64,000 bases of DNA from Candidatus Parcubacteria bacterium (GTDB lineage: Bacteria; Patescibacteriota; Minisyncoccia; Phycocordibacterales; JAKAEA01). Of the stretch, positions 20,966 to 31,010 are shown one piece after another (the stretch's first letter is position 1; each line of letters starts with the position of its first letter). Under the pieces are notes generated by a model. That model searched no databases. It was not told the DNA's origin and worked only from the letters and a program-made list of their open reading frames with translations. The DNA is taken from assembly GCA_963806325.1 (NCBI GenBank), contig CAWDXL010000002.1, positions 64,250 through 128,249 of the forward strand, written 5' to 3'. A program made the translations under genes and the position numbers.

Positions 20966-21886
20966 ATGAATACCGATACCAAAAATTCTGAGCAGGGACA
21001 CATATCAGTTCTTTTACATGAATCAATAGACGGTCTCAATCTCAAGGCGGGTGACATCTTTCTTGATTGTACGCTGGGAAGCGGCGGTCATAGCGCTGCG
21101 GTCGCTGAACATTTTGGAGATACAGTGCAAATTATCGGCGTTGATATGGACGCCGACGCTCTTGCCCGCACCCGCGTGCGGTTTGCTTCACTCAAAGCGA
21201 ATGCAGTATTTGTTCAGAACAATTTCAGAAATATAGACCAGGTGCTTGCCGAGCTTCATCTTGAAAAAGTCGACAAGATTCTCATGGATCTCGGACTGAG
21301 TTCAAATCAATTTGAAGAATCGGGCAGGGGATTCAGTTTTCAAAAAGATGAACCGCTTGAGATGACCTTTAAGAAAGATCCGGGAGTATCTGACGTCAGC
21401 GCCAGGACTATCGTCAACGAATGGTCGGAAGACACACTCGAGACAATCCTTAAAGGTTTTGGTGAAGAGCGGTATGCCTGGAAGATTGCGAAAGCCATTG
21501 GCCAGTATCGCATCATACGGCCAATTGAGACCACCCTGCAGCTTGTTGAAATCATCACAAGTGCTACACCTATCGCATACCATCACCGCAAAATCCACCC
21601 GGCAACAAAAACATTTCAAGCTCTCCGAATCGCTGCAAATGACGAACTCACCGCTCTTAAAGAAGCTTTGCAAAAGGGAATGGATCATCTGAATCACGGC
21701 GGCCGAATGGCAGTCATTTCATTCCATAGTCTTGAAGATCGGATCGTGAAGAATTTTTTCAGGGACCTGCGTATGAACGATCAATTAATCCCTGTTACCA
21801 AAAAACCTATTGTACCGTCGGAAGAAGAACTTATCCATAACCGTCGGGCGCGAAGCGCGAAATTGAGAATTATCGAGAAGAAATAA
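20966..21886 (+). CDS. rsmH: 16S rRNA (cytosine1402-N4)-methyltransferase
   Basis: 306 aa with HISVLLHE, DCTLGSGGHS and SFHSLEDRIVK. Confidence 0.9.
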   Translation: MNTDTKNSEQGHISVLLHESIDGLNLKAGDIFLDCTLGSGGHSAAVAEHFGDTVQIIGVDMDADALARTRVRFASLKANAVFVQNNFRNIDQVLAELHLEKVDKILMDLGLSSNQFEESGRGFSFQKDEPLEMTFKKDPGVSDVSARTIVNEWSEDTLETILKGFGEERYAWKIAKAIGQYRIIRPIETTLQLVEIITSATPIAYHHRKIHPATKTFQALRIAANDELTALKEALQKGMDHLNHGGRMAVISFHSLEDRIVKNFFRDLRMNDQLIPVTKKPIVPSEEELIHNRRARSAKLRIIEKK

Positions 21887-21897
21887 TTATATACATC

Positions 21898-22221
21898 ATG
21901 AATATACAATCGCAAACAATGGCTGTTCCCTTCATCGGAAGAATCAGCCAAAAACTCCTTTTTTATCTCCTTGCCGCAATTCTTTTGTCGGTATGGTTTC
22001 TATATGCTTTTCTTATAAATAAAACGGTTATGAATGTTGTTGCCCGGGAAAAGACGGAAAGTACGCTAAGCGCACTCTCCGGCTCTGAAGGGAATCTTGA
22101 ATCAAAATACTTGGCTCTTGAGAGCGCTATCACTATCAAAGAAGCATATCAAAAAGGTTTTGTTGACGCGTCTGCTCAGTTTATAAATCGCTCGTCTAAC
22201 GTTGCTATCAATTCGAGATAA
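21898..22221 (+). CDS. FtsL-like small membrane protein
   Basis: 107 aa with a single TM. Its position between rsmH and ftsI supports the call. Confidence 0.5.
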   Translation: MNIQSQTMAVPFIGRISQKLLFYLLAAILLSVWFLYAFLINKTVMNVVAREKTESTLSALSGSEGNLESKYLALESAITIKEAYQKGFVDASAQFINRSSNVAINSR

Positions 22222-22245
22222 TAGTGCTGTGTTATACTGCATTAC

Positions 22246-23961
22246 ATGCAGCGCAGCGTTCTTAGAATTCGCATCATCTCAGTTTTAGTTATTGTTTTTG
22301 CACTGCTTCTTGTCACGAAGCTGTATCTTGTGCAGATTGTTTCCGGCAAACAATTTATTGAGCGTGCCGATGCGCAATACGTCCGACCGGCAAACGGTGT
22401 TTTTGACCGCGGCACTATTTTCTTTCAGGCAAAAGACGGTACGCTGATGGCTGCTGCCTCGCTTAAAACCGGCTACACCATTGCTGTAAATCCTGCTATT
22501 CTCCGGGATCCTGAAGGAGTATATTCAAAGCTTTCGGCGCTCATTCCTCTCGATCATACGGCATTTATTGCGGAGGCGACAAAGCCAAATGATACGTACG
22601 AAGAAATTGCCAAACAGGTTGATCCCGATGTTGCAAACAAGATAGATGCTCTCGCTATTCCAGGTCTCAATATCTATCAGGAAAAATGGCGTTATTATCC
22701 TGCTGGCAGTCTTGCTGCGCATGTGATCGGCTTTGTTGGCTATGATGGCAATGCGCTTGATGGTCGATATGGTCTCGAGCGCTATTACGATTCGACGCTG
22801 GAGCGCACTGATGACGACATTTACGTTAATTTTTTTGCTGAAATTTTTTCAGATATTCATGAAACATTCAGTGACAATGGCACGATTGAAGGAGATGTTG
22901 TCTCAACCATCGAGCCGAATGTTCAGTCGTATCTCGAACAGGAACTTCAGTACGTTCAAACGAAGTACAATTCCAAAGTCACCGGCGGCATCATTATGGA
23001 TCCGATGACAGGCAGTATTTATGCAATGGCAGCAAATCCAACCTTTGATCCTAATAATTATGGAGCAGTAAATACTATCGGCGTCTTTACCAATCCGCTG
23101 GTCCAAAATGTGTACGAGCTTGGCTCTATCATGAAGCCGATTACTATGGCAATAGGTCTCGATACTCATTCAATCACTGCATCGACCACATACACCGACA
23201 GTGCTTCAATCACAGTGAATGGAAGCACTATTCACAATTGGGATCTCGCAAGCCATGGTCAGACCACCATGCAAAAAGTGCTGAGTGATTCGCTCAACAT
23301 TGGTGCTGCGTGGGTCGAGCAGCGCATTGGCAACAAGCAATTTTCAAGTTATATGTACAAGTTTGGATTCGGTGAAAAAACAGGCATTGATCTTCCTAAT
23401 GAAGCCAGCAATCTTGTGGCCAATCTTCAGAGTCCGCGTGATGTGGAATACGCGACTGCTTCGTTTGGACAGGGTATCGCCATTACACCGATCTCCATGG
23501 TTCGCGCATTATCGGTACTGGCCAACGGCGGCTATCTCATTACGCCGCATGTGGTTGATAAAATTGATTATAATATCGGCTATACAAAAAATATCAATCC
23601 GGGACTCGGTCCGCAGGTGATCTCGACGGCAACATCAAAAACAATTACCGGGATGCTTGTCAATGTGTTTGACGGTGCTCTCAATAATGATGTTGGCGGA
23701 ACTATCGAAATGCCGCACTATTCCATAGCAGCGAAGACTGGTACTGCTCAGCTTGTCGATAATTCGACCGGAGGGTATTACAGCGACCGCTATCTCCACT
23801 CATTTTTTGGATATTTCCCTGCATCCAATCCGCGTTTTATCATTTTTCTTTATACGTACGATCCCCAGGGTGAAGAGCTTGCTTCGCACACGCTGACTGT
23901 GCCGTTTTCCGATATTGCCAAATTTCTGATAAACTATTATGAAATCCCACCAGACCGATAA
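22246..23961 (+). CDS. ftsI: Penicillin-binding protein (FtsI-type division transpeptidase)
   Basis: 571 aa with an N-terminal TM and an SxxK motif (GSIMKP), in dcw context. Confidence 0.85.
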   Translation: MQRSVLRIRIISVLVIVFALLLVTKLYLVQIVSGKQFIERADAQYVRPANGVFDRGTIFFQAKDGTLMAAASLKTGYTIAVNPAILRDPEGVYSKLSALIPLDHTAFIAEATKPNDTYEEIAKQVDPDVANKIDALAIPGLNIYQEKWRYYPAGSLAAHVIGFVGYDGNALDGRYGLERYYDSTLERTDDDIYVNFFAEIFSDIHETFSDNGTIEGDVVSTIEPNVQSYLEQELQYVQTKYNSKVTGGIIMDPMTGSIYAMAANPTFDPNNYGAVNTIGVFTNPLVQNVYELGSIMKPITMAIGLDTHSITASTTYTDSASITVNGSTIHNWDLASHGQTTMQKVLSDSLNIGAAWVEQRIGNKQFSSYMYKFGFGEKTGIDLPNEASNLVANLQSPRDVEYATASFGQGIAITPISMVRALSVLANGGYLITPHVVDKIDYNIGYTKNINPGLGPQVISTATSKTITGMLVNVFDGALNNDVGGTIEMPHYSIAAKTGTAQLVDNSTGGYYSDRYLHSFFGYFPASNPRFIIFLYTYDPQGEELASHTLTVPFSDIAKFLINYYEIPPDR

Positions 23962-23965
23962 TTAT

Positions 23966-25276
23966 ATGAAACAAACCGCAAAAAAAATTGTTGTAAGCAT
24001 CATAACATTCGAAGCTCGCCTGGTTCTTAAAAAATATAAGCCAAAAATAGTCGGTATCACGGGTTCTGTGGGAAAGACATCGACCAAGGACGCGATTTAC
24101 ACAGTCCTTGCTTCAAGTTTCTCAGTACGCAAAAGTCAAAAAAGTTTCAATAGTGAAATCGGCATGCCGTTGACGATTCTCGGTCTTTCAAACGGCGGAT
24201 CAAATATATTACTTTGGCTTAAGAATTTTATTGATGGCCTGATGCTTATATTGCTGCCATTCAATTATCCTAAGTGGCTGGTGCTTGAAATCGGTGCTGA
24301 TAAGCCCGGCGATATTGAATCAGTTGTCAGATGGCTCAAGCCTGATATTGCTGTCATCACCCGCTTGGCCGAAGTGCCGGTACATGTTGAATTTTTTCCG
24401 ACCATTGACGATCTTATTAATGAAAAAAAATATCTTGCCCGTGCGCTCGGCCCGGAAGGAGTTCTTATTTTAAATTATGACGACAAGCGCGTGCTGGCTT
24501 TTGGCGAGGGTGTGCTCCATAAAAAATTCTCCTATGGTTTTGAAGAAGGTGCAGATATTTTGGCATCAGGCGAAAAGATTGTGTACGCACCGTACGATTC
24601 TTCCGATCTCGAGTTTCCGGAAGGGATGGCATTTAATGTTGCTTATCAGGGTATTAAAGAAGATGTTGTGATTAATGGCGGTCTTGGTGCTCAGCATATT
24701 TATCCGGTACTCGCAGCGTTTGCCGTCGGTGTTGCATTGGATATCAGCCCCGATATTATTGCACTCGCCCTCAAGTCTCATCGGCCGCCAAAAGGCAGAA
24801 TGCATTTCGTGGGAGGCGAGCGCGATACGCTTATTATCGACGATACCTACAATTCTTCTCCGGTAGCCGTCCATGCCGCATTGCATGCGCTGTCTGAATT
24901 GAAATGTATCGGCCGAAAAATTGCCGTGCTCGGTGATATGCTTGAACTCGGACAATATTCAGTCGAAGAACATCGGAAAGTGGGGGAGATGGTCAAAAAA
25001 TATGCGGATATGTTTGTGGCTGTCGGCGTGCGTTCGCGTGGCGCTGCAGATGCCGCGCTTGATGCGGGTATGGATGAAAGCAATGTGCTCCAATTTGAAA
25101 CATCGCGCGAGGCTGGCACGTATCTCGAATCAATCATTCAGCGAGGAGATATAATTCTTGTGAAAGGATCACAGTCGATGCGCATGGAGCGGGTAGTGGA
25201 AGAAATTATGGCTCATCCGGAAAAGAAAGAAGATCTTCTTGTTCGGCAGGACAAAGAGTGGCAAGCTCGCAAGTAG
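23966..25276 (+). CDS. murF: UDP-N-acetylmuramoyl-tripeptide--D-alanyl-D-alanine ligase
   Basis: ITGSVGKTSTKDA and IIDDTYNSSP, in the Mur ligase family. Confidence 0.8.
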   Translation: MKQTAKKIVVSIITFEARLVLKKYKPKIVGITGSVGKTSTKDAIYTVLASSFSVRKSQKSFNSEIGMPLTILGLSNGGSNILLWLKNFIDGLMLILLPFNYPKWLVLEIGADKPGDIESVVRWLKPDIAVITRLAEVPVHVEFFPTIDDLINEKKYLARALGPEGVLILNYDDKRVLAFGEGVLHKKFSYGFEEGADILASGEKIVYAPYDSSDLEFPEGMAFNVAYQGIKEDVVINGGLGAQHIYPVLAAFAVGVALDISPDIIALALKSHRPPKGRMHFVGGERDTLIIDDTYNSSPVAVHAALHALSELKCIGRKIAVLGDMLELGQYSVEEHRKVGEMVKKYADMFVAVGVRSRGAADAALDAGMDESNVLQFETSREAGTYLESIIQRGDIILVKGSQSMRMERVVEEIMAHPEKKEDLLVRQDKEWQARK

Positions 25277-25326
25277 ATATCGCTCCCATAGATTTTCCAG
25301 GTAAAAACTGCTATATTCCAAACGCC

Positions 25327-25398
25327 GGCCTCATCGTCTAACGGTTAGGACAGAAGCTTCTCAAGCTTTAAATCGGGGTTCGATTCCCCGTGAGGTCA
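25327..25398 (+). tRNA. tRNA-Glu (CTC)
   Basis: A manual cloverleaf fits: acceptor GGCCTCA/TGAGGTC, anticodon loop TTCTCAA, T arm GGGGTTCGATTCCCC. Confidence 0.85.
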
Positions 25399-25531
25399 CA
25401 AGCAAGGTCGATGCGGAGGCATCATATTTTGAGCCGTTATTTCCGTCTCAAAAATCGAGCACCCCCTCCGGGTCTCGAACCACATAAGTTTTTATATTGT
25501 AACTATTACTAATTGTTGCTAGTATTCTTCC

Positions 25532-25708
25532 ATGTCTGAAGAAAAAAATACCTATCCAATAAAAGGCTGTGCCTGCAAAAACTGCTCTTTTGACGGAGAT
25601 GTTGAGGTACAAAAAGGAACGATGTTAGAAAATGCTGCTTGTCCAGAATGTCAAAATACAGGATGTTTGTATAAAAAACCTACAACTAGTACATATTATG
25701 AATTTTAA
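25532..25708 (+). CDS. Small zinc-ribbon protein (58 aa, below the track cutoff)
   Basis: MSEEKNTYPIKGCACKNCSF...AACPECQNTGC has CxC/CxxC pairs. It lies 5 nt upstream of the next ORF. Confidence 0.45.
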   Translation: MSEEKNTYPIKGCACKNCSFDGDVEVQKGTMLENAACPECQNTGCLYKKPTTSTYYEF

Positions 25709-25713
25709 TTACT

Positions 25714-26063
25714 ATGGAACTCAAAGAATTCATTAAAAAAGTCATTGCTGATACGGTTGAAGCTGTTGATGAATCTAGCGCATCCGCTTCTCGAAATATA
25801 GTTCTAGCCTCAAAATCTGATAAAAGAACCATTGAATTTGATGTTGCGGTTACTGTTGAAGAAACTACTACAGCTCAAGGTGGTGCTGGCATTAGGTGCT
25901 TGCATTCATGAATGCAGGGGCAAATGCTGGGGTAGAGTCAAAAAATTCCTCTGTTAGTCGAATAACTTTTGGTGTTGATGTAGGTATAAGAACCAAACAA
26001 GAGGTCGCTGCGCAAAATGCCACTCTTTCAGCTCGTCGAAGTATTGATTCAAGCTCTCGCTAA
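25714..26063 (+). CDS. Trypco2-like (trypsin-co-occurring domain 2) small protein; frameshift near 25895
   Basis: MELKEFIKKVIADTV...IEFDVAVTVEETTTAQGGAGI(R) continues in another frame as VLAFMNAGANAGVESKNSSVSRITFGVDVG... This resembles the trypco2 pattern from memory. Confidence 0.45.
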
Positions 26064-26097
26064 TTTAACAACCAAAGGTGGGGCATAGGTAAAATAT

Positions 26098-27957
26098 ATG
26101 AAACTTACCAAATTCAGAATTAAAAATTATAAATCAATCATTGATTCGGGTGATTGTTATTTCAGCGATAAATTAACAATTCTCGCTGGCAAGAATGAAT
26201 CAGGAAAGACGTCCGTTTTGGAAGCACTCGAAGATTTTCATCAAGAAAAAACTATACGGCAGGAGGCTAAACCTATAGATGGCGAAGGTGTTCCTGAAGT
26301 ATCGATCACTTTTACTCTTGGTAATTCAGAGACGAATGAAATCCTTAAAACAATTGTTAGTGACAAAACCGTAACAAAAGATATACCTATTACGCTGGTT
26401 AAGAAATTTGGAGTTGCTACATATACCCTCGATTCAGAATCGCGCAAGCAAATTAATCTACCAAATATCCACGAGGTGTCTAAAAAACAGATTTTAGAAT
26501 CTGTTAAGAAAATCGAAGCTTTTATTAAAACGTCTGGCAAGAGCGTAAAATTTCCAGCTACAACACTAGAAAAACAAAAGCTCAGCGATTACAAAACAGA
26601 AGTGGTAACATTCAAGTCTCAAATTCCTGACCTTCCGGATGCAATTACGGAAACAGCTAATATAGAAAAAGCGTCAGATGATTACTATGCTCGGGAAAAA
26701 CTTGTTGCAAATTTTATTGCAGAGTTTGTAAAATCACATTTACCATACTTCGTTCTCTTCTCATCTTTTGATGATGAGTTTCCAAAATCGATTCCCATTG
26801 CTTCACTTACTACAAGCGAATGGGCAAAAGACCTCGAGCAGGTGAGTAACTTTTCCATTGCAAAAATGGCATCGACTAACCAACAAGAGCAGGTAAACCA
26901 CGAGAATTCTGTAAACGTTGATTTCACGAGCAAATTCGACAAGTATTGGACTCAAGATAAAATAAAACTACGGGTCAAAAAAGATGGAACTGACATAAAT
27001 TTTTGGATTGTTGAAAACGAAAAAATGTATTATCCTTCGCAACGAAGCAAGGGTCAGCAGTGGTACCTCTCGTTTTATATTAAAATTGTCGCCAGACTTC
27101 AGGAAGACAAGCCAAATATTATATTGATTGATGAACCAGGACTGTATTTACACGCGAAAGCACAGAAAGATCTTTTAACGGTCTTGTTGGAACATACAAA
27201 CGATAATCCGGTTATTTTCTCTACTCATTCTCCATATCTTATAACTGAAGATAATCTTGAGAACGTAAGACTCATTGAGAAAACCGACATCGGTACGAAA
27301 ATCCTTGGAAAAATACACGCCCACCCGACAGCGGACAAGGAGACTCTCACGCCTATTCTTACGGCAATCGGTCTTGGTATCAACGACTCGATTACAAATC
27401 TTGACCAGAAGGATAATATTGTCGTCGAGGGCCCTGAGGACGTCTTCTATCTCGGCGCCTTTAAGGAGCTTGAAAAGAAAGATCTTAAGATCAATTTTAT
27501 AAATGGAGGTGGAGCTTCCAACATGGGGCTTGTGGGAGCAATTCTTGAGGGCTGGGGTGCGAACGTCCATTACCTATATGATAACGATCAAGGGAAAAAA
27601 GACGGTGAAAAGAATTTAAAAGCTTGGAGAATTCTGCCGGAAGCGATAAAGACCGTTCTTAAAAAAGACGGAGCAACCATAGTCGACATTTTTAGCCCTG
27701 AAGATTTTAGGAAGTTTGTTTTAGAAGATTCAAAACTGACTTACACGTTGTCAAACTCCGAATACATAAAAAGTCTTAAACCTAAACCGGATAAGGTTCT
27801 ACTTGCGAGGAAGTTTTTACAGAAAGCAAAAGTCAGCCCCGTTATTTTGAGCAAAGGAACAAAACAAAACATCGAGGCATTATTCACGGAAATTAATTTC
27901 AAAGACGAGGAAACTAAAGACAAAATTCAGAGCAGGGGGTATTCCACAGCAAACTAA
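26098..27957 (+). CDS. OLD-family ATP-dependent nuclease (ABC-type ATPase plus C-terminal Toprim)
   Basis: Walker A GKNESGKTS, QRSKGQQW, Walker B IILIDEPGLYLH, STHSPYLI. The Toprim domain has IVVEGPEDVFYL and YLYDNDQG. Confidence 0.85.
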   Translation: MKLTKFRIKNYKSIIDSGDCYFSDKLTILAGKNESGKTSVLEALEDFHQEKTIRQEAKPIDGEGVPEVSITFTLGNSETNEILKTIVSDKTVTKDIPITLVKKFGVATYTLDSESRKQINLPNIHEVSKKQILESVKKIEAFIKTSGKSVKFPATTLEKQKLSDYKTEVVTFKSQIPDLPDAITETANIEKASDDYYAREKLVANFIAEFVKSHLPYFVLFSSFDDEFPKSIPIASLTTSEWAKDLEQVSNFSIAKMASTNQQEQVNHENSVNVDFTSKFDKYWTQDKIKLRVKKDGTDINFWIVENEKMYYPSQRSKGQQWYLSFYIKIVARLQEDKPNIILIDEPGLYLHAKAQKDLLTVLLEHTNDNPVIFSTHSPYLITEDNLENVRLIEKTDIGTKILGKIHAHPTADKETLTPILTAIGLGINDSITNLDQKDNIVVEGPEDVFYLGAFKELEKKDLKINFINGGGASNMGLVGAILEGWGANVHYLYDNDQGKKDGEKNLKAWRILPEAIKTVLKKDGATIVDIFSPEDFRKFVLEDSKLTYTLSNSEYIKSLKPKPDKVLLARKFLQKAKVSPVILSKGTKQNIEALFTEINFKDEETKDKIQSRGYSTAN

Positions 27958-28012
27958 TTTTTTTAGATTAATCATTTTCACCTGCGAATATTTGCAGAAC
28001 ACGAGATCTCGC

Positions 28013-29335
28013 TTATCCCACCACCAACCTCCTATCCTTCATCACCACTCCACTCTTGATGCACGACAGCATCTCCCGCTTCTCAAACGTACTGCCTTCC
28101 TTGAGCAGGTATTTAGCATAATTTTTGATATCGAGTTCCTTTTTTTGCACGGATATGTCCTTCTCACCAAGCACGCCAGTCTGGAATTTTGAGTACCGCT
28201 CAACCTCTTTCGCTAGTCTCTCCCTGATCGTGGTTTTGTCGAGATTGATGCTGTCGATCAATTCCAGGGCTAATTCTATGAGGTCACCCTCTTTGAGCGG
28301 TGGATTTGTACACTCCTTGTCTCGGCTCTTGGTACACCTGTAGTATACATGCCGGTTTTGACCACCATCTTTGAGTTTCTTGAACTGTTCCTCAGCAGTA
28401 ATGCCCGAGCCGCAGTATCCACAGTGCATGATCTTGGTGAAGGCGAACTCTATACCATGCATTCGTCCCTGCTCGGTGTATAAATGCTCTTGCACTTTGT
28501 CGAATAACTCTTTGGATATGATAGGGGAGTGTTTGCCTGTGTACCAGTTGCCGCTGCCAGTGGGATATTCAAAGACACCGTAGTAGAAGGTGAATCGCAG
28601 GAGGCGGTAGATGTTACCGAGGCTCAGAGGCCTATCATTCTTTGACATAAATTTCACATCATCCTTGAGCCATTTAAACAATCGTCTGCCAGACCACTGC
28701 TCATATGCCACCTTCTCAAACATCTGCTTAATGATAGGTGCACGCTTTGGATCAACCATGACTTCGCACTTCTTGTCAGTTCGTTTTTCGTTCAGGTATC
28801 CCGTTGGTGCGATACACGGCCAGAGTCCCATCTCGACCCTCGTCTTCAAACCACGCTTCACGTTGATGCTCTTATTATCATTTTCCAACTTGGCCTGACT
28901 TCCTAAAATCATCAGCAAGAATTTTTCGTTAGGGTTGTTTGTAAATTTTTGACTATACGTTCGTATCTCAACAAGCACTTTCTGATCCATGAGATCAACA
29001 AGTGCGCCAAGGTCTCCGGCATTTCTACTTAATCTATCAGGATGCCAGCAGAGGATACCGTTAAATTTGCCGGCACGCATATCCACCAATAGTTGGTTAA
29101 AAATTGGTCGTTGACCATTGGCTTTTGCCGAGTGCGACTCACGCCTCGTCTCAGCGATATCAAGGCCATTTTTCTCAGCCAAGCTCAGCATTTCTTTTAC
29201 CTGCGACTCTATGGATAGTGCCTGCATCTCATCCTGCTCCGTACTCTTGCGTGCATAGAGGCAGTAGCGTACTGCCACTCGTTTTTCCTCTACGTAGTTC
29301 TCTAAAATTCTCCCTACGGCTAGTGTTGGTTCCAT
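28013..29335 (-). CDS. Large serine recombinase
   Basis: YARKSTEQDEMQALSIESQ, PDRLSRN, a recombinase domain and a Cys-rich zinc ribbon (CGYCGSGI...YYRC). Confidence 0.9.
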   Translation of the reverse strand: MEPTLAVGRILENYVEEKRVAVRYCLYARKSTEQDEMQALSIESQVKEMLSLAEKNGLDIAETRRESHSAKANGQRPIFNQLLVDMRAGKFNGILCWHPDRLSRNAGDLGALVDLMDQKVLVEIRTYSQKFTNNPNEKFLLMILGSQAKLENDNKSINVKRGLKTRVEMGLWPCIAPTGYLNEKRTDKKCEVMVDPKRAPIIKQMFEKVAYEQWSGRRLFKWLKDDVKFMSKNDRPLSLGNIYRLLRFTFYYGVFEYPTGSGNWYTGKHSPIISKELFDKVQEHLYTEQGRMHGIEFAFTKIMHCGYCGSGITAEEQFKKLKDGGQNRHVYYRCTKSRDKECTNPPLKEGDLIELALELIDSINLDKTTIRERLAKEVERYSKFQTGVLGEKDISVQKKELDIKNYAKYLLKEGSTFEKREMLSCIKSGVVMKDRRLVVG

Positions 29336-29378
29336 GTGTATACATTGATTAGCTTGTATACCCTAAGGGATGACGCAA

Positions 29379-29402
29379 CCCCTCCGAGGAGTCTAGGAGG
29401 GG
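29379..29402. promoter_or_regulatory. Palindromic site upstream of the serine recombinase (candidate att/operator)
   Basis: cccctcc-gaggagtcta-ggagggg lies in the divergent recombinase/hsdM intergenic region. Confidence 0.35.
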
Positions 29403-29483
29403 TGAGTTGGTAACTAAAAGCGTAAAACCTTTCAAAATAGACGTTTTTGTGTTATAAATAAATTCATAATTATTTTATCTGCC

Positions 29484-31009
29484 ATGGCTTCAGACATAAA
29501 ACAACTTGAGAGCAAATTATGGGAAGCGGCCAATCATCTCCGTGCCAACTCCTCTTTGCGTCTCAATGAGTTTGCTGAACCTGTTCTTGGGCTTATTTTC
29601 TTGAAATTTGCTGATGTTAAATTCAATACCGCAAAAAATGAAATTGAGGCTGAACGAGGGCAAACAAGCTCAAAACGTCAACGATCCGTAACAGCCGAAG
29701 ATTTTCAGTCTCGTGGAGTTCTCTATATTCCAGAAAGTGCACGCTTTTCTTCCTCATTTCTCTTCCAGAAGGAACTGATATGGGGAAAGCAGTAAACGAT
29801 GCAATGAAAGAAATCGAATCAGATAATAAAGAGTTGTCTGGTATTTTACCAAAAAATTATAACCTTCTCGATAATCCTGCGATCATCACGCTTCTCAAAA
29901 ACCTCAATCATATTCCCGATAGTATTGAAGGTGATGCATTCGGGCTCATCTATGAATATTTCCTCGGCAAATTTGCAATAGCAGACGGTTCAGGTGGTGG
30001 TGAATTTTTTACTCCAACCTCTATCGTAAAATTGATTGTTGAAATTCTAGAGCCTTATCAAGGAAAAATTTACGATCCTGCTTGTGGCTCAGGAGGTATG
30101 TTCGTACAGTCTCTAGAATTTATCAAGCGTCACCTTGAAAATGGAAAGAAAGCAAAAGCATCACGTGAAATTTCTATTTACGGGCAAGAAAAAACTGACC
30201 AGACAGTTCGAATTGCAAAAATGAACTTAGCAATTCATGGACTCTCGGGTGATATTAGGCAAGGCAATACCTACTATGAGGATCTGCACCGCTCACTTGG
30301 TAAGTTTGATTTCGCAATGGCAAATCCACCATTCAACGTAGACGGTATCGATAAAGAGCGTATAAAAGATGATCCACGATTTTCTTATGGTCTACCACGT
30401 ACAGATAATGGTAACTACCTTTGGATACAAATATTTCTTAATGCACTCAAAGACGGAGGACGTGCTGGATTCGTTATGGCAAATTCGGTAAGTGATGCTG
30501 GACATAGCGAAAAAGACATTCGCCAGAAACTTATAGATGATGGGCTTGTTGATGTCATGATTTTAGTTGGCCCAAACATGTTCTATAACGTTACACTTCC
30601 CGTAACGCTCTGGTTTCTAGATAAAGGGAAAAGGAAAACTGATCGAAAAGATAAAATACTTTTTATTGATGCCCGCAATATTTACAAACAAATTGATCGT
30701 GCACACCGTGAGTGGACAAATGAACAAATAGAGCAGATTGCTGAAATTGTTCGTAGTTATCGTGGAGAAAAAGGATCCCAAAAGTATGCGGATATAAAGG
30801 GGCTCTGTAGAATAGCAACGCTTGATGAGGTGGTAAAAGAAGGATACTCACTCAATCCTGGTAGATATGTTGGCACCATTGAATTAACCCAATCTGACGA
30901 GGATTTTGAAAGTACAGTCAAAGCACTTTATGGTGAATTTTCAAAATTGACAGATGAAGCACACGATATTGAGAAGAAAATTGAGAGTAACTTTAAGAAA
31001 TTTTTTTAG
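29484..31009 (+). CDS. hsdM: Type I R-M methyltransferase subunit HsdM; frameshift near 29750
   Basis: The N-terminal HsdM_N segment (LESKLWEAANHLR), DPACGSGGMF and the NPPF motif are spread over two frames. Confidence 0.9.
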
Positions 31010-31010
31010 T

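Noticed and set aside
25455-25478. Possible partial tRNA (T-arm-like gggtctcgaacc) marking an att duplication. A similar fragment, gggattcccc, lies at about 46770.
   Set aside because: Neither folds into a T-arm with matching stems. Neither matches the tRNA-Glu 3' end beyond about 8 nt.
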